A stretch of 64,000 nt of DNA from Bacteroidales bacterium (GTDB taxonomy: Bacteria; Bacteroidota; Bacteroidia; Bacteroidales; UBA932), in contig JAEETP010000002.1 in the NCBI GenBank assembly GCA_016290415.1, positions 6,949 to 70,948 of the forward strand, in the 5' to 3' direction. Both the position numbers and the translations under genes were made by a program. Each line of letters opens with the position of its first letter. Positions within the stretch are counted from its first letter, which is position 1. The notes below the pieces were generated by a model. That model was not told the DNA's origin. It ran no database searches and saw only the letters and a list, made by a program, of their open reading frames with translations. Shown here one piece after another: positions 52,938 to 62,440 of the stretch.

Positions 52938-54914
52938 ATGAAAAAGATATTTATACTTGCATTTGCAGCACTGGCACTGGTATCCTGCAATATGGATCTT
53001 TACCGTTCCGACGCTCTCACCGCAGAGGAACTCGCAAAGAATCCCGATGCCCCTCTGCTCACCACGAACGGTATCTACACCCTTTTCCAGGACAGGATTG
53101 CCTATAAGGGACAGGACGGCGGAGAAAGCGGCAACTACTATATCCGCCACATTTTCCAGATGAACGAACTCCGTGGAGACAACGTGACTGTATCGGGTAT
53201 CACCGAAGACCCGTTCATCAATCCCTACCGCTACACCGACGACAATACCGCCAAGAATATCTACTATACCTGGTGGATGGCATACAAGATTATCGATACG
53301 GCAAACGGTAATATCATCATTCTCAATAACTCAGAAGAGTCCGACCTGAACAGCCACCTTATGGGTGAGAACCTGTTCTTCCGCGCCTTCTGCCACTTCC
53401 AGATGGTGAATCTGTTCGCTATGCCGTACAAATATTCCGCCGATGCATCCCATCCCGGAGTTCCCATCCGTCTGGAGGATTCTGACAAGACCATCACCAC
53501 CCGCGCCACCGTATATGATGTCTACGACCAGATTGTAAAAGACCTCAAAAAGGCCAAAGAGTGTATGGCCAAAGACAAGGAGGGCACTCCTGTCAGAGGC
53601 GGCGACAAGGGTTATGTCTCCTGGCAAGCAGCGGCAGCCCTGCTCTCGCGCGTATACCTCACTATGGGTGAAGACCAGCTGTGTATAGACGAGTGCAACG
53701 AGCTTCTGGCAACTGCTCCCGCCTCACTTGCCGGCTATGACTACGCCGACTACCCCTCACACACTTTCGATCACCCCGAAACTATCTGGTGCATCCATCT
53801 GAAAGACACCCACGAGTGGGCCCAGGATCACGGCGAGGCCTCTATCGCCTCTATGTACATCAAAGCTCCTCTGGATGGCGGCAAGACCATCGGCTGGGGC
53901 GAGCACTACTGGAGTGAGAACCTGATTGACCTTTTCCGCCGCTATCCCCAGGACAAACGCTTCAAGGCATACTTCCGTATGATTGATCCCCGCCCTGCAA
54001 AGGAAGGCAACGACAAGGCCCAGAAGACATACGAGGAGATGCAGACAGCTATGAACGGCACCCTCTCTGTAGTTTATCCTGTGCCTGGCGGCTCCGGCGA
54101 CTACTGCACCGGCGCGGTTGCCATTGCGGCTAAAGCAGACGCATCCGGCAACGTAAAATTCCAGTCTCAGGGAGAGAAGATCGGAGAGGAAGAATATCCC
54201 GCAGGCAGCGGCAAGATGGTTCCCGTATTCAAATACTACGACCACGTGGCTAAGCGTCAGATTCTTCACGATGGACGCGACACCATCTATTTCGTAGAGA
54301 ATTCCGACCCCAACTTCCCCGGCAAGGAGATTGACGGCGTGAAACGTGTATGGGTGCGTCCCGGCCCCAACCACGCCACCCCCGGCAAGAAGACCGACCC
54401 CGAAACCGGTGAGAGATATGCCGAAAGGCAGTCTGATGCCGACGCCCGCTACAGGGCTGCAATCGGCCGTACCGACAACGGCGGCTTCTATATGCGCTAC
54501 TACAACACCAAATTCTGCGGCCAGGGCGGCAATCCTATGCTGACCTCACCCGTATTCCTCCGTTGGGGAGAAGTGGTGCTTAACCGTGCCGAGGCCTATG
54601 CCCACAAGGGCGACAACGGCAAGGCTCTGGAAGACGTGAACACTATCCGCCGCCGTGCCGGCATTCCCGAAATGAACAATTATTCGGCATTCGGATACAA
54701 AGATGTTCTGGAGGTCGTACTTGACGAGCGCCGTATGGAACTTTGCTTCGAAGGCCACCGCTATTTCGATATGCTCCGCAACCAACTCCCTCTGGACCGT
54801 CGTTATGTCGGCTACCATACTTGGGAAGTTATCCAGCCCACAGACCTCAGGATAGCAATGCTTATCTCTCAGGATGAGATCAACTCGGCCGGCATAGAGC
54901 AGAATCCAAGATAA
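52938..54914 (+). CDS. susD: SusD/RagB-family nutrient-binding outer-membrane lipoprotein
   Basis: Lipobox LALVSCNM, TPR-like helices, the C-terminal RRAGIPE...ERRMELCFEGHRYFDMLR signature, and a position directly after SusC. Confidence 0.85.
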   Translation: MKKIFILAFAALALVSCNMDLYRSDALTAEELAKNPDAPLLTTNGIYTLFQDRIAYKGQDGGESGNYYIRHIFQMNELRGDNVTVSGITEDPFINPYRYTDDNTAKNIYYTWWMAYKIIDTANGNIIILNNSEESDLNSHLMGENLFFRAFCHFQMVNLFAMPYKYSADASHPGVPIRLEDSDKTITTRATVYDVYDQIVKDLKKAKECMAKDKEGTPVRGGDKGYVSWQAAAALLSRVYLTMGEDQLCIDECNELLATAPASLAGYDYADYPSHTFDHPETIWCIHLKDTHEWAQDHGEASIASMYIKAPLDGGKTIGWGEHYWSENLIDLFRRYPQDKRFKAYFRMIDPRPAKEGNDKAQKTYEEMQTAMNGTLSVVYPVPGGSGDYCTGAVAIAAKADASGNVKFQSQGEKIGEEEYPAGSGKMVPVFKYYDHVAKRQILHDGRDTIYFVENSDPNFPGKEIDGVKRVWVRPGPNHATPGKKTDPETGERYAERQSDADARYRAAIGRTDNGGFYMRYYNTKFCGQGGNPMLTSPVFLRWGEVVLNRAEAYAHKGDNGKALEDVNTIRRRAGIPEMNNYSAFGYKDVLEVVLDERRMELCFEGHRYFDMLRNQLPLDRRYVGYHTWEVIQPTDLRIAMLISQDEINSAGIEQNPR

Positions 54915-54962
54915 TTCCAGTTAATTTATAAACCTATTTACTAACCTATTAATCAGATCATT

Positions 54963-55952
54963 ATGAAGAAAGTTCTAACACTTCTGGCAATCTTTGCCAT
55001 GGTTGGTCTCGTTTCCTGCAACAAGGAGCCCGCTCAGGCCACCATTACCGCTAGTGACGTGACAGTTGAAGAGGGCAGCACTGTAAAAATCAATGCTTCC
55101 ACCAACTCCTCTGCAACCCTCACCTACGCTTCGGACAACACTGCTGTTGCTACAGTAGCTGCCGACGGCACTGTGACTGGCGTAAAGGCCGGTTCTGCCA
55201 ACATCAGCATCAAGGTAGCTGCCGTTAAGGATGCTTACACCGCAGCTGAAAAGAGCATTAAGGTTACCGTTACTGCAAAGGCAGGCCCCGGCCCCGGCCC
55301 CGGCCCTTCTGGCGCTGCCATCGTAATCGACGGTGACTTTGCTGACTGGGCTGCTCTGCCCTCAAATTCTTACACCAAGACTTATGGTGACGAAGAAGCT
55401 ACCCACCCTGCACTCACTCACTGCAAGGTTTACGCAGATCCCGACTTCATTTATGTATACTTTGAGTGGGATACCGATGCCATCGAGGCTGTACCCGGGG
55501 TTGAGCACGTACCTTTCCACTGCTACATCAACACCGATGGCGACGCTTCCACAGGTGGCTATAGTGATGAGTTCGCAGAAGCATGCACAGATATCCTGCT
55601 TGAGGGTTGGATTTATGGCGGCGGTGAAGAAGGCGGCGAACTTGGTTCCTATGACCCCGCTGTCTGCAGTTGGACCGGCGCAGACGGTGAAAGCGGCTGG
55701 AGCTGGAGCGACCCGCCACTCATTGGCGACGGCAGCGGTGTCGGTGAAGGTGCCGGCGTCGAAGGCAAGTATGAATTCAAGATTGACCGCTCTATGCTCA
55801 AGGACGTAGGTTATCCCGTTGCAGATGTCTTCGGAATCGGCTTTGACATCCAGCAGAACTGGGACTCTGTAGGTATTCTGCCCAGCACTGCACCCGACGA
55901 GAGCAACGCTACAGGATATCTGCCTCTGCTGGTAGTGACTACTCAGAAATAA
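54963..55952 (+). CDS. surface lipoprotein with a Big_2 Ig-like domain plus a CBM-like C-terminal domain
   Basis: Lipobox GLVSCNK, a Big_2 segment (ITASDVTVEEGSTVKI...GTVTGVKAGSANISIKV), a GPGPGPGP linker, and an IDGDFADW-type beta-sandwich. Confidence 0.7.
   Translation: MKKVLTLLAIFAMVGLVSCNKEPAQATITASDVTVEEGSTVKINASTNSSATLTYASDNTAVATVAADGTVTGVKAGSANISIKVAAVKDAYTAAEKSIKVTVTAKAGPGPGPGPSGAAIVIDGDFADWAALPSNSYTKTYGDEEATHPALTHCKVYADPDFIYVYFEWDTDAIEAVPGVEHVPFHCYINTDGDASTGGYSDEFAEACTDILLEGWIYGGGEEGGELGSYDPAVCSWTGADGESGWSWSDPPLIGDGSGVGEGAGVEGKYEFKIDRSMLKDVGYPVADVFGIGFDIQQNWDSVGILPSTAPDESNATGYLPLLVVTTQK
55284..55306 (+). repeat. (GGCCCC)n hexanucleotide microsatellite encoding a Gly-Pro linker
   Basis: ggccccggccccggccccggccc lies within the CDS at 54963-55952. 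Confidence 0.8.
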
Positions 55953-56000
55953 CATTTTTATCAATACTAACCATAGGCAGAGCCCGTTTTGGACCTGCCT

Positions 56001-57413
56001 ATGGTTTTTCAAAAAAAAATAGCCGTGAAACATTTCAGCAGAATTGTCCTTATAGCTGCCATCCCGGCCTTGATGGCTGCTAACTGCAACAAGAATCCCG
56101 ACCCCGTGGAACCTCAAGAGAAGTTGGAAACAGTCACTTACACCGCTTCCGAAGAGAATTTCCCGAATCCTGAACGCGGTTTCTACCAGGCGTCCGAGAC
56201 CCACTCTGCCACCGGGCAGGGCATTGCCGATGCCGTAATAAAGGCTTCACGCAAGCAAGGCCGCTCCTTGTATCTGCTGGAATTCTACCTCACGGACTAT
56301 GTAGAAACTGATATCTCTGAAGAGTATCTTCAGACCATACGTAAAAAATTCCAGTCGCTCCGCGACGGCGGAATGAAGTGCATCCTTCGTTTCGCCTATT
56401 CCAATGGCTTCGATGCCAAAGACAAACCTTGGGATGCAACGACCCAGCAGGTACACAGACATCTGGAGCAGGTGACTCCCCTCTTACGGGAGTTCTACGA
56501 TGTGATATTCGTGGTTCAGGCCGGCTTTATAGGCAGCTGGGGCGAATGGTATTATACCGATCATTTCGGCGCCACTTCAGACCGGAAAGCCCTGGTAGAT
56601 GCACTTCTGGCCGCCATACCGGAAAGCCGCCAGATAGAGCTCCGCACCCCGGGCTATAAGATGAGGCTTTACGGGCTCTCCCTGGAAGACACCATAACCC
56701 ACGCAGAAGCTCACCTTCCCACCGCCAAGGCACGCATTGGCGGGCACAACGACTGCTACCTGTCCAGTGCCAACGACGTGGGCACATTTGTCGGTGTCAA
56801 AGATCGCCAGTACTGGGAAGCCGAGACCAAATATACCATAATGGGCGGAGAGTCCTGCGAACTGGCAGAGTTCTGCCACTGCGATGGGACAGAAAAATAC
56901 AAAGGCGCCCTGAAAGACCTTGCAGCACAGCATTTCACCTACCTCAACCTCGGCTATCACCCCAGCGTGCTCAAGCGCTGGAGAACAGAGGGTTGCATGG
57001 AAGAAATCCAGAAGCGGCTGGGCTACCGGCTCGTTCTGGAAGAAGGACAGTTCTCAGAGGCTCCCCGCTCGGGCGAAGCGTTCAAGATTGTCCTTAAAAT
57101 ACGCAACGACGGCTTCGCCTCCGTCATGAACCCCCGCGATGCAGAGTTTGTGCTGACAGACAAGGACGGCAGCATTGCGGCTAGTTACAAGATAGATTCC
57201 GACCCGCGCTTTTGGATGCCGGGCGAAACAAGCACCATAGAACAGACTATAGACCTGCCTTCAGGGCTTACGGGGCAGTACACCCTGTCGCTTAACCTCC
57301 CCGACCCCTGCGAGACTCTGCATAACAACCCTTTGTTCTCTATCCGCCTGGCCAACGAAAACACCTGGCAGGAAGAGACCGGCTTCAATACAATTTACAC
57401 CTTTAGCCTTTAG
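56001..57413 (+). CDS. DUF4874/DUF4832-like putative glycoside hydrolase, paralogue 1
   Basis: ATG at 56001 (the track uses TTG at 55989). Lipobox MAANCNK. Contains NPERGFY, VVQAGFIGSWGEWYYTDHF, GGHNDCYL and MGGESC motifs. The family name is from memory. Confidence 0.65.
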   Translation: MVFQKKIAVKHFSRIVLIAAIPALMAANCNKNPDPVEPQEKLETVTYTASEENFPNPERGFYQASETHSATGQGIADAVIKASRKQGRSLYLLEFYLTDYVETDISEEYLQTIRKKFQSLRDGGMKCILRFAYSNGFDAKDKPWDATTQQVHRHLEQVTPLLREFYDVIFVVQAGFIGSWGEWYYTDHFGATSDRKALVDALLAAIPESRQIELRTPGYKMRLYGLSLEDTITHAEAHLPTAKARIGGHNDCYLSSANDVGTFVGVKDRQYWEAETKYTIMGGESCELAEFCHCDGTEKYKGALKDLAAQHFTYLNLGYHPSVLKRWRTEGCMEEIQKRLGYRLVLEEGQFSEAPRSGEAFKIVLKIRNDGFASVMNPRDAEFVLTDKDGSIAASYKIDSDPRFWMPGETSTIEQTIDLPSGLTGQYTLSLNLPDPCETLHNNPLFSIRLANENTWQEETGFNTIYTFSL

Positions 57414-57422
57414 CTTCTGCAT

Positions 57423-58847
57423 ATGAAAGCGCTCCGTTTCCTTGCGATTGTTTTATCTGCAATGCTCTGGGCCGCTTGCGGCGACGCTACCGGGCCGGAT
57501 GGCGATCCGGACGGTCAAGAGCAGGAGCAGCCTGAACAACCGGAGCAACCTGAGCAGCCGGAGCAGCCGGAGGTGACTGCTACCATCACTAACGTGTTTA
57601 ATGAGGCCACCAAACCCGTGGTAAACCCAGAAAGGGGATTCTACGGCGGTGCGGTGGATATATTCAAGGCTTCCGGAGCCATCTCTGCCAGTAAAGCCAG
57701 GGCCCTCCGAGAAGAGGGAATCACCCTGATGTACATCGGCTTCTACCTTAACAGTTTTATGAAAGGGGACATTTCGCAGGCCTATCTGGATATGGTCCAG
57801 AAGTCAATGGACGCCCTGCGGGAAGCCGGCATAAAATGCGTTCTTCGCTTTGCATATCAGAACTCCGAAGGCAACAAGCCCTGGGACCCTGCTGTAGATG
57901 TGGTTCTGCGCCACGTAGAGCAGTTGAAACCCCTCTTACAGAAAAACGCAGACGTAATATTCGTGCTCCAGGCCGGCTTTGTGGGCGTCTGGGGCGAGTG
58001 GTATTACACCGACAACTTCAACTTCCAGCCCTCTTCCAACAAGGATTATGAGCCTCGACGTCGCCTGACCGAGGCGCTGCTGGACGCGCTGCCCGCAAGC
58101 CGTCAGATTGCCCTTCGCACCCCCCAGTTCAAGATGCGGATGTACAATCTCTCACTAAAGGACACCCTGTCGGCCCAAACAGCTCACAACGGAAGTGCCC
58201 TGTCCCGCCTTTGCGGGCACAACGACTGTTTCGGAGCATCGGCAGACGACTACGGCACCTTTGACAACGAAGATGACGACCGTGAATTCTGGAAGGTAGA
58301 AACCCGCTATATGATTATGGGCGGCGAGACCTGCGGTGTGAGTCAATACTGCACCTGCGCCGCCAGTCTAAAGGATATGGAAGACTACCACTGGACCTAC
58401 CTCAACAGCGGTTACAACGGCTCCGTGCTGGACCGATGGAAAAAATCGGGGTGTATGGACGAAATCACCAACCGTCTTGGATACCGTCTGGTTCTTAAAG
58501 ATGCAACCCTGTCCAGTGTATTCGAGGCGGGTAAACCCGCACACCTTTTAATCAATCTGGAAAACGCAGGCTTCGCGGCCCCGATGAATCCCAGAAATGC
58601 CGAGATAATCTTTGTCTCAGACAACGGCGACACAGCCCGGTTCCCCCTCGGTTCGGACCCCCGCGCTTGGCAGAGGGGCCATCACTCTGTTGAAACCGAC
58701 TTCATTCTGCCGTCGGCAAAGGGCAGCATATACCTCGCCCTTGAAGACCCGATGCTTGCCGGCCGGCCGGAATACAGCATAGCCCTCGCCAACGAGAATG
58801 TCTTTGATGCGGCGACAGGCTGGAACAAATTGTTTGAAATCCAATAA
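57423..58847 (+). CDS. DUF4874/DUF4832-like putative glycoside hydrolase, paralogue 2
   Basis: Lipobox LWAACGD and an (EQP)n linker. Contains NPERGFY, VLQAGFVGVWGEWYYTDNF, CGHNDCF and MGGETC, colinear with the previous gene. Confidence 0.65.
   Translation: MKALRFLAIVLSAMLWAACGDATGPDGDPDGQEQEQPEQPEQPEQPEQPEVTATITNVFNEATKPVVNPERGFYGGAVDIFKASGAISASKARALREEGITLMYIGFYLNSFMKGDISQAYLDMVQKSMDALREAGIKCVLRFAYQNSEGNKPWDPAVDVVLRHVEQLKPLLQKNADVIFVLQAGFVGVWGEWYYTDNFNFQPSSNKDYEPRRRLTEALLDALPASRQIALRTPQFKMRMYNLSLKDTLSAQTAHNGSALSRLCGHNDCFGASADDYGTFDNEDDDREFWKVETRYMIMGGETCGVSQYCTCAASLKDMEDYHWTYLNSGYNGSVLDRWKKSGCMDEITNRLGYRLVLKDATLSSVFEAGKPAHLLINLENAGFAAPMNPRNAEIIFVSDNGDTARFPLGSDPRAWQRGHHSVETDFILPSAKGSIYLALEDPMLAGRPEYSIALANENVFDAATGWNKLFEIQ
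57519..57573 (+). repeat. imperfect 9-nt tandem repeat encoding the EQEQPEQPEQPEQPEQPE linker
   Basis: gagcag/gagcaa/gaacaa + ccg/cct units repeat about five times after the lipobox. Confidence 0.75.
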
Positions 58848-58867
58848 CCATCAATATCATCAGTACA

Positions 58868-59842
58868 ATGAAAAAAGTATTAGCATTCCTGTCAATTATC
58901 GCTATGATGGGTCTCGTTTCCTGCAAGAAGGAACCCGTTGCCGCAACCATCACCGCTAATGACGTTACTGTAGAAGAAGGCGCAACTGCAAAAATCTCTG
59001 CCAGCACCAATTCCACAGCATCCATTACCTACGCTTCTGCCGATGCATCCATCGCGGTTGTATCAGCTACCGGCGATGTTACCGGAATAAAGGCCGGCAC
59101 CACCACCGTTACCCTTAAGGTTGCTGCTGTAGAAGGATTCTCCGCCGCAGAAAAGACCATCAATGTAACCGTAACAGCCAAGGAAGTCGTTCCTCCGACA
59201 CCTTCCGGAAGTGCCATCAAAATAGACGGTGACTTCGCAGACTGGGGTGCGCTGGAAACCGGCACCTTCACCAAGAGTGTGAGCGATCCCGACGCTCCCT
59301 GGGATGCAGTGAAAGAAGTCCGCTGCTACGCAGATGCAGACTTTGTATTCTACTACATCAAATACGATGCAGAGTCTCTTGAAGAACTTCTATCCAATGC
59401 TAATGAGACTCTCCCCATCCGTCTTAATTTCAACACTGACGGAGAGTTTGAGTCCGGCTATACGAGCTATTTCCTGGAACACTATGACTTGATTATCGAA
59501 GGTTCACTGGCTTCCGCCGGCCAATTTGCTCCTTATGTTGAAGGAGAGTTCAACCAACGTATAGGCAGTTGGGTAAAACTTGCCGACGCGGGCGTCGGGT
59601 TGGTTACCGGGTTAGGTTCGGGCAATGAGTATGAGATTCAAGTAGATCGCGCTCTGTTTAACCAATTTGCCAATGCCAGCACGATTCCCATGCCTATGGG
59701 CGACGAATTCCAGACTAGTGTCCGTTTCTATACCGACGGTGGCGGCAAATGGGAAGAACTTTCCAATATCCCCAACTCCTCTATTGACGAAGAGGCAGGC
59801 AACGGCTACGGCTACCTTATGAGAATCAAGACAAACAAGTAG
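58868..59842 (+). CDS. surface lipoprotein with a Big_2 Ig-like domain plus a CBM-like domain (paralogue of 54963-55952)
   Basis: MKKVLAFLSIIAMMGLVSCKKEP, then the same Big_2 module and an IDGDFADW domain. Confidence 0.7.
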   Translation: MKKVLAFLSIIAMMGLVSCKKEPVAATITANDVTVEEGATAKISASTNSTASITYASADASIAVVSATGDVTGIKAGTTTVTLKVAAVEGFSAAEKTINVTVTAKEVVPPTPSGSAIKIDGDFADWGALETGTFTKSVSDPDAPWDAVKEVRCYADADFVFYYIKYDAESLEELLSNANETLPIRLNFNTDGEFESGYTSYFLEHYDLIIEGSLASAGQFAPYVEGEFNQRIGSWVKLADAGVGLVTGLGSGNEYEIQVDRALFNQFANASTIPMPMGDEFQTSVRFYTDGGGKWEELSNIPNSSIDEEAGNGYGYLMRIKTNK

Positions 59843-59851
59843 TATATACTT

Positions 59852-60550
59852 ATGCGATATGCCGTGAAGATACTTTTGTGCCTGGCACTCCTTTCGGGAT
59901 GCCGGGCACAGGGTGTTCGCGGTTATTGGGATCAATTCCCTCTTTTGGAAGATGACATCCGCCTTTCGGAGGACCGTTTTGCAGACTTTGCAGAATTGGC
60001 GGTAAAAGCCCCCGAGGCAGATGCGATTGCAGCCATTGATGTCCTTTTTGACAGGCTCAAAAAGGACTCTGTGGCATATTATGTATATTCCGACTGGATT
60101 GACGCAGCGTTCTACAGCCTGTATTCTCCCTGCCGGAATGCCACGCTTTATAACAAAGCAGTGGAAAGAATTGTTACCGACGCGGTGCTCCAGACCGATG
60201 AATGCGAACCATTCCTCAAGAGAAGGGAGTGGATTGGCTATAACCGGCTCGGAGACAAGGCCGTGGTTCCCGGCCGCTCTTCCATTACCGAGCGCACCCT
60301 GGTGCTTGTGCTTGATTTGAGCTGCCCGTCGTGCCGGCAGGTACTTGATATACTTGCCTCCGACCCCGAGTGGGCCGATGTTCACCGCCTGGCCGTATGC
60401 TTTGGCCATGGTTCCCTCCCCTCCGGTTCCGGTTGGGAGTTCTTGTCTGACAATAATGCAGCGGCTGTCTTTGACCCGCAACTCACACCGATATACTTTG
60501 TGGTAGCCGCCGACGGTACCGTCGAAAAAGGCTACACACTTGCCCTTTAA
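59852..60550 (+). CDS. lipoprotein with a DUF5106-like N-domain and a thioredoxin-like CPSC motif
   Basis: Lipobox LALLSGCRA and VLVLDLSCPSCRQV (CxxC in a thioredoxin-like context). Confidence 0.5.
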   Translation: MRYAVKILLCLALLSGCRAQGVRGYWDQFPLLEDDIRLSEDRFADFAELAVKAPEADAIAAIDVLFDRLKKDSVAYYVYSDWIDAAFYSLYSPCRNATLYNKAVERIVTDAVLQTDECEPFLKRREWIGYNRLGDKAVVPGRSSITERTLVLVLDLSCPSCRQVLDILASDPEWADVHRLAVCFGHGSLPSGSGWEFLSDNNAAAVFDPQLTPIYFVVAADGTVEKGYTLAL

Positions 60551-60559
60551 TTTTTTACG

Positions 60560-62431
60560 ATGAAAAAATCTATCCTTTCCGTAATGGCCATTGTGGCCTT
60601 TGTATCCCTGTCTTGCGGAGAAACTCCGCAAGAGGTAACTCCGGCAACCATCTCTGCGTCTGACATTACCGTAGCAGAGGGTAAGACCGCACAGATTAGT
60701 GCAGTCTCAAACTCCTCCGCCACCATCACTTACACCATTGCCGACGCCTCCGTAGCTACAGTCTCCGAAACGGGTGAAGTGACGGGTATCAAGGCCGGCA
60801 GCACCACTGCCACCATTAAGCAAGATGCAGTAGCCAATTTGTTCTCCGCCGCAGAAACTACCATAAACGTGACGGTGACTGCCGATGTCCCGGTGGATGA
60901 CGGAAAACCGGTGCCGGGAGTGTACACTTTTACTGTTTCCCCGCTCAAAGGGCAGTGGGAAGTTGGTGACAAGATTCTGGTTCAGGGCGGATATGGCCCG
61001 GCAGCCCAGGTAATTACATTGACCGCCAGCCAGATATCCAGCGATGGAAAGACTGCCAGCGCAGAACTCGGAGGCGATCTTTTCAAATATCTCACAGAGC
61101 CTGACCCCCTGTATGCCGTATGGCCGGCGGATGCCGCAAAACAGGAGGACGGGGTCACCGGGCAGGTCATCAATTATGCAGTGAGCAACGTTATGCTCAC
61201 GCAAGCTTATCTGGTAGATAACAATTTCTCGTTCATAGACATTTCTTCATTCCTTTCCTTTACCGTATCAGGAAATTATGACCGCTTTATCATTGCGGGA
61301 ACCCAACGCCCCGGCCTGCGTTACAAGAGTTACAAGAACGAGTATTCAACCAATAAGAAGACTCCCGCAAAACCCAAGGATGACGGATGGCCGTTCCGTG
61401 AAGAGCAACTTGGCTCCGACGGAAGTCTCACCACACTCTGGTTCCCGGGCGGCATAAGTTTCAACGGGGGCTTCACCCTCTATTTCGCCAAGGGCGATGA
61501 GTGGACAGCCACGTATACATATACAGAAGATGCCATCCTCAAACCCGGCAAATTCCTTGAGCTGGGCGATATCACATCCTTACTTCAGCCTTACAGCGGC
61601 GGCAAACCCCATATGCCGGAAGTAACCAACTACACTTCATATTCCGTCAAAGTCAACGAGTTGTCCGGCCTGTGCATAGACAGTAACGGAGAGTTCCTCT
61701 GGTGCGTAGGAGACGGTAGCGAAATTGCAAAAATCTCCGTAACGGGAGAAGTTATTGGCAAAACCGGCATCTACACTTATGACGCCGGTTCCGAAAAAGC
61801 TTATACCGTTGATTCAGAAGGCATGTCTTTCAATTACGACACCGGTGACATCATAATCAGCGGTGAGCCCAATGTGGTTTGCGGCATTCCTGCAGATGAT
61901 CTGGATGAGATATTCTCCTGGTCTTTTTATGCCAAATATGTTGGCAACAAGGCTGTCAACGGCACCGTAAATGGGTATAACGGTGTAACGTCCCTTTTCA
62001 AAATCGCCGATGCCGCCAATTTTGGCAATTCAGGCGCAGAGGGATGCACATATTATAAGGACGGGCTCGTATATATCGGAACGCAGTCAGGTTCATACCT
62101 CTATCTCTGCAATCTGGAGACGGGAGAGGTTATTTGGCGAAAGAGTCTCAAGGAGAAGTTCCCAGCCTTTAAAGAAATCGCAGGTCTGTGTTATGATCCG
62201 ATTACCGACTGGTTGTGGGTTACCGATTCCGAAGCCCACAAGTTCTTTGCCCTTAGCGGAGATGCCGAACAATTGTTTGGCTCATATACCATGAAGACAA
62301 TGTCAAACGAGGAATCAATTTGCGTAGACCATAAGAACAATTGCGTATGGATAGGCGACGACTATGGTTCCACGTCTTACATATACAAATACGAGATGTC
62401 AGGTCTGGACGATTTCATTATCACTGAATAA
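60560..62431 (+). CDS. lipoprotein with a Big_2 domain plus an SdiA-regulated/YjiK-type beta-propeller
   Basis: Lipobox VSLSCGE and the same Big_2 module. The C-terminal repeats (ELSGLCIDSNGEFLWCVGD, EGMSFNYDTGD, EGCTYYKDGLVYIG, EIAGLCYDPITDWLWVTD, EESICVDHKNNCVWIGDD) resemble the SdiA-regulated propeller family. Confidence 0.6.
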   Translation: MKKSILSVMAIVAFVSLSCGETPQEVTPATISASDITVAEGKTAQISAVSNSSATITYTIADASVATVSETGEVTGIKAGSTTATIKQDAVANLFSAAETTINVTVTADVPVDDGKPVPGVYTFTVSPLKGQWEVGDKILVQGGYGPAAQVITLTASQISSDGKTASAELGGDLFKYLTEPDPLYAVWPADAAKQEDGVTGQVINYAVSNVMLTQAYLVDNNFSFIDISSFLSFTVSGNYDRFIIAGTQRPGLRYKSYKNEYSTNKKTPAKPKDDGWPFREEQLGSDGSLTTLWFPGGISFNGGFTLYFAKGDEWTATYTYTEDAILKPGKFLELGDITSLLQPYSGGKPHMPEVTNYTSYSVKVNELSGLCIDSNGEFLWCVGDGSEIAKISVTGEVIGKTGIYTYDAGSEKAYTVDSEGMSFNYDTGDIIISGEPNVVCGIPADDLDEIFSWSFYAKYVGNKAVNGTVNGYNGVTSLFKIADAANFGNSGAEGCTYYKDGLVYIGTQSGSYLYLCNLETGEVIWRKSLKEKFPAFKEIAGLCYDPITDWLWVTDSEAHKFFALSGDAEQLFGSYTMKTMSNEESICVDHKNNCVWIGDDYGSTSYIYKYEMSGLDDFIITE

Positions 62432-62440
62432 CCATATAAT

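Noticed and set aside
55284-55306. The (GGCCCC)n tract as an on/off phase-variation switch.
   Set aside because: The unit length is 6 nt, so slippage stays in frame. It can only change linker length.
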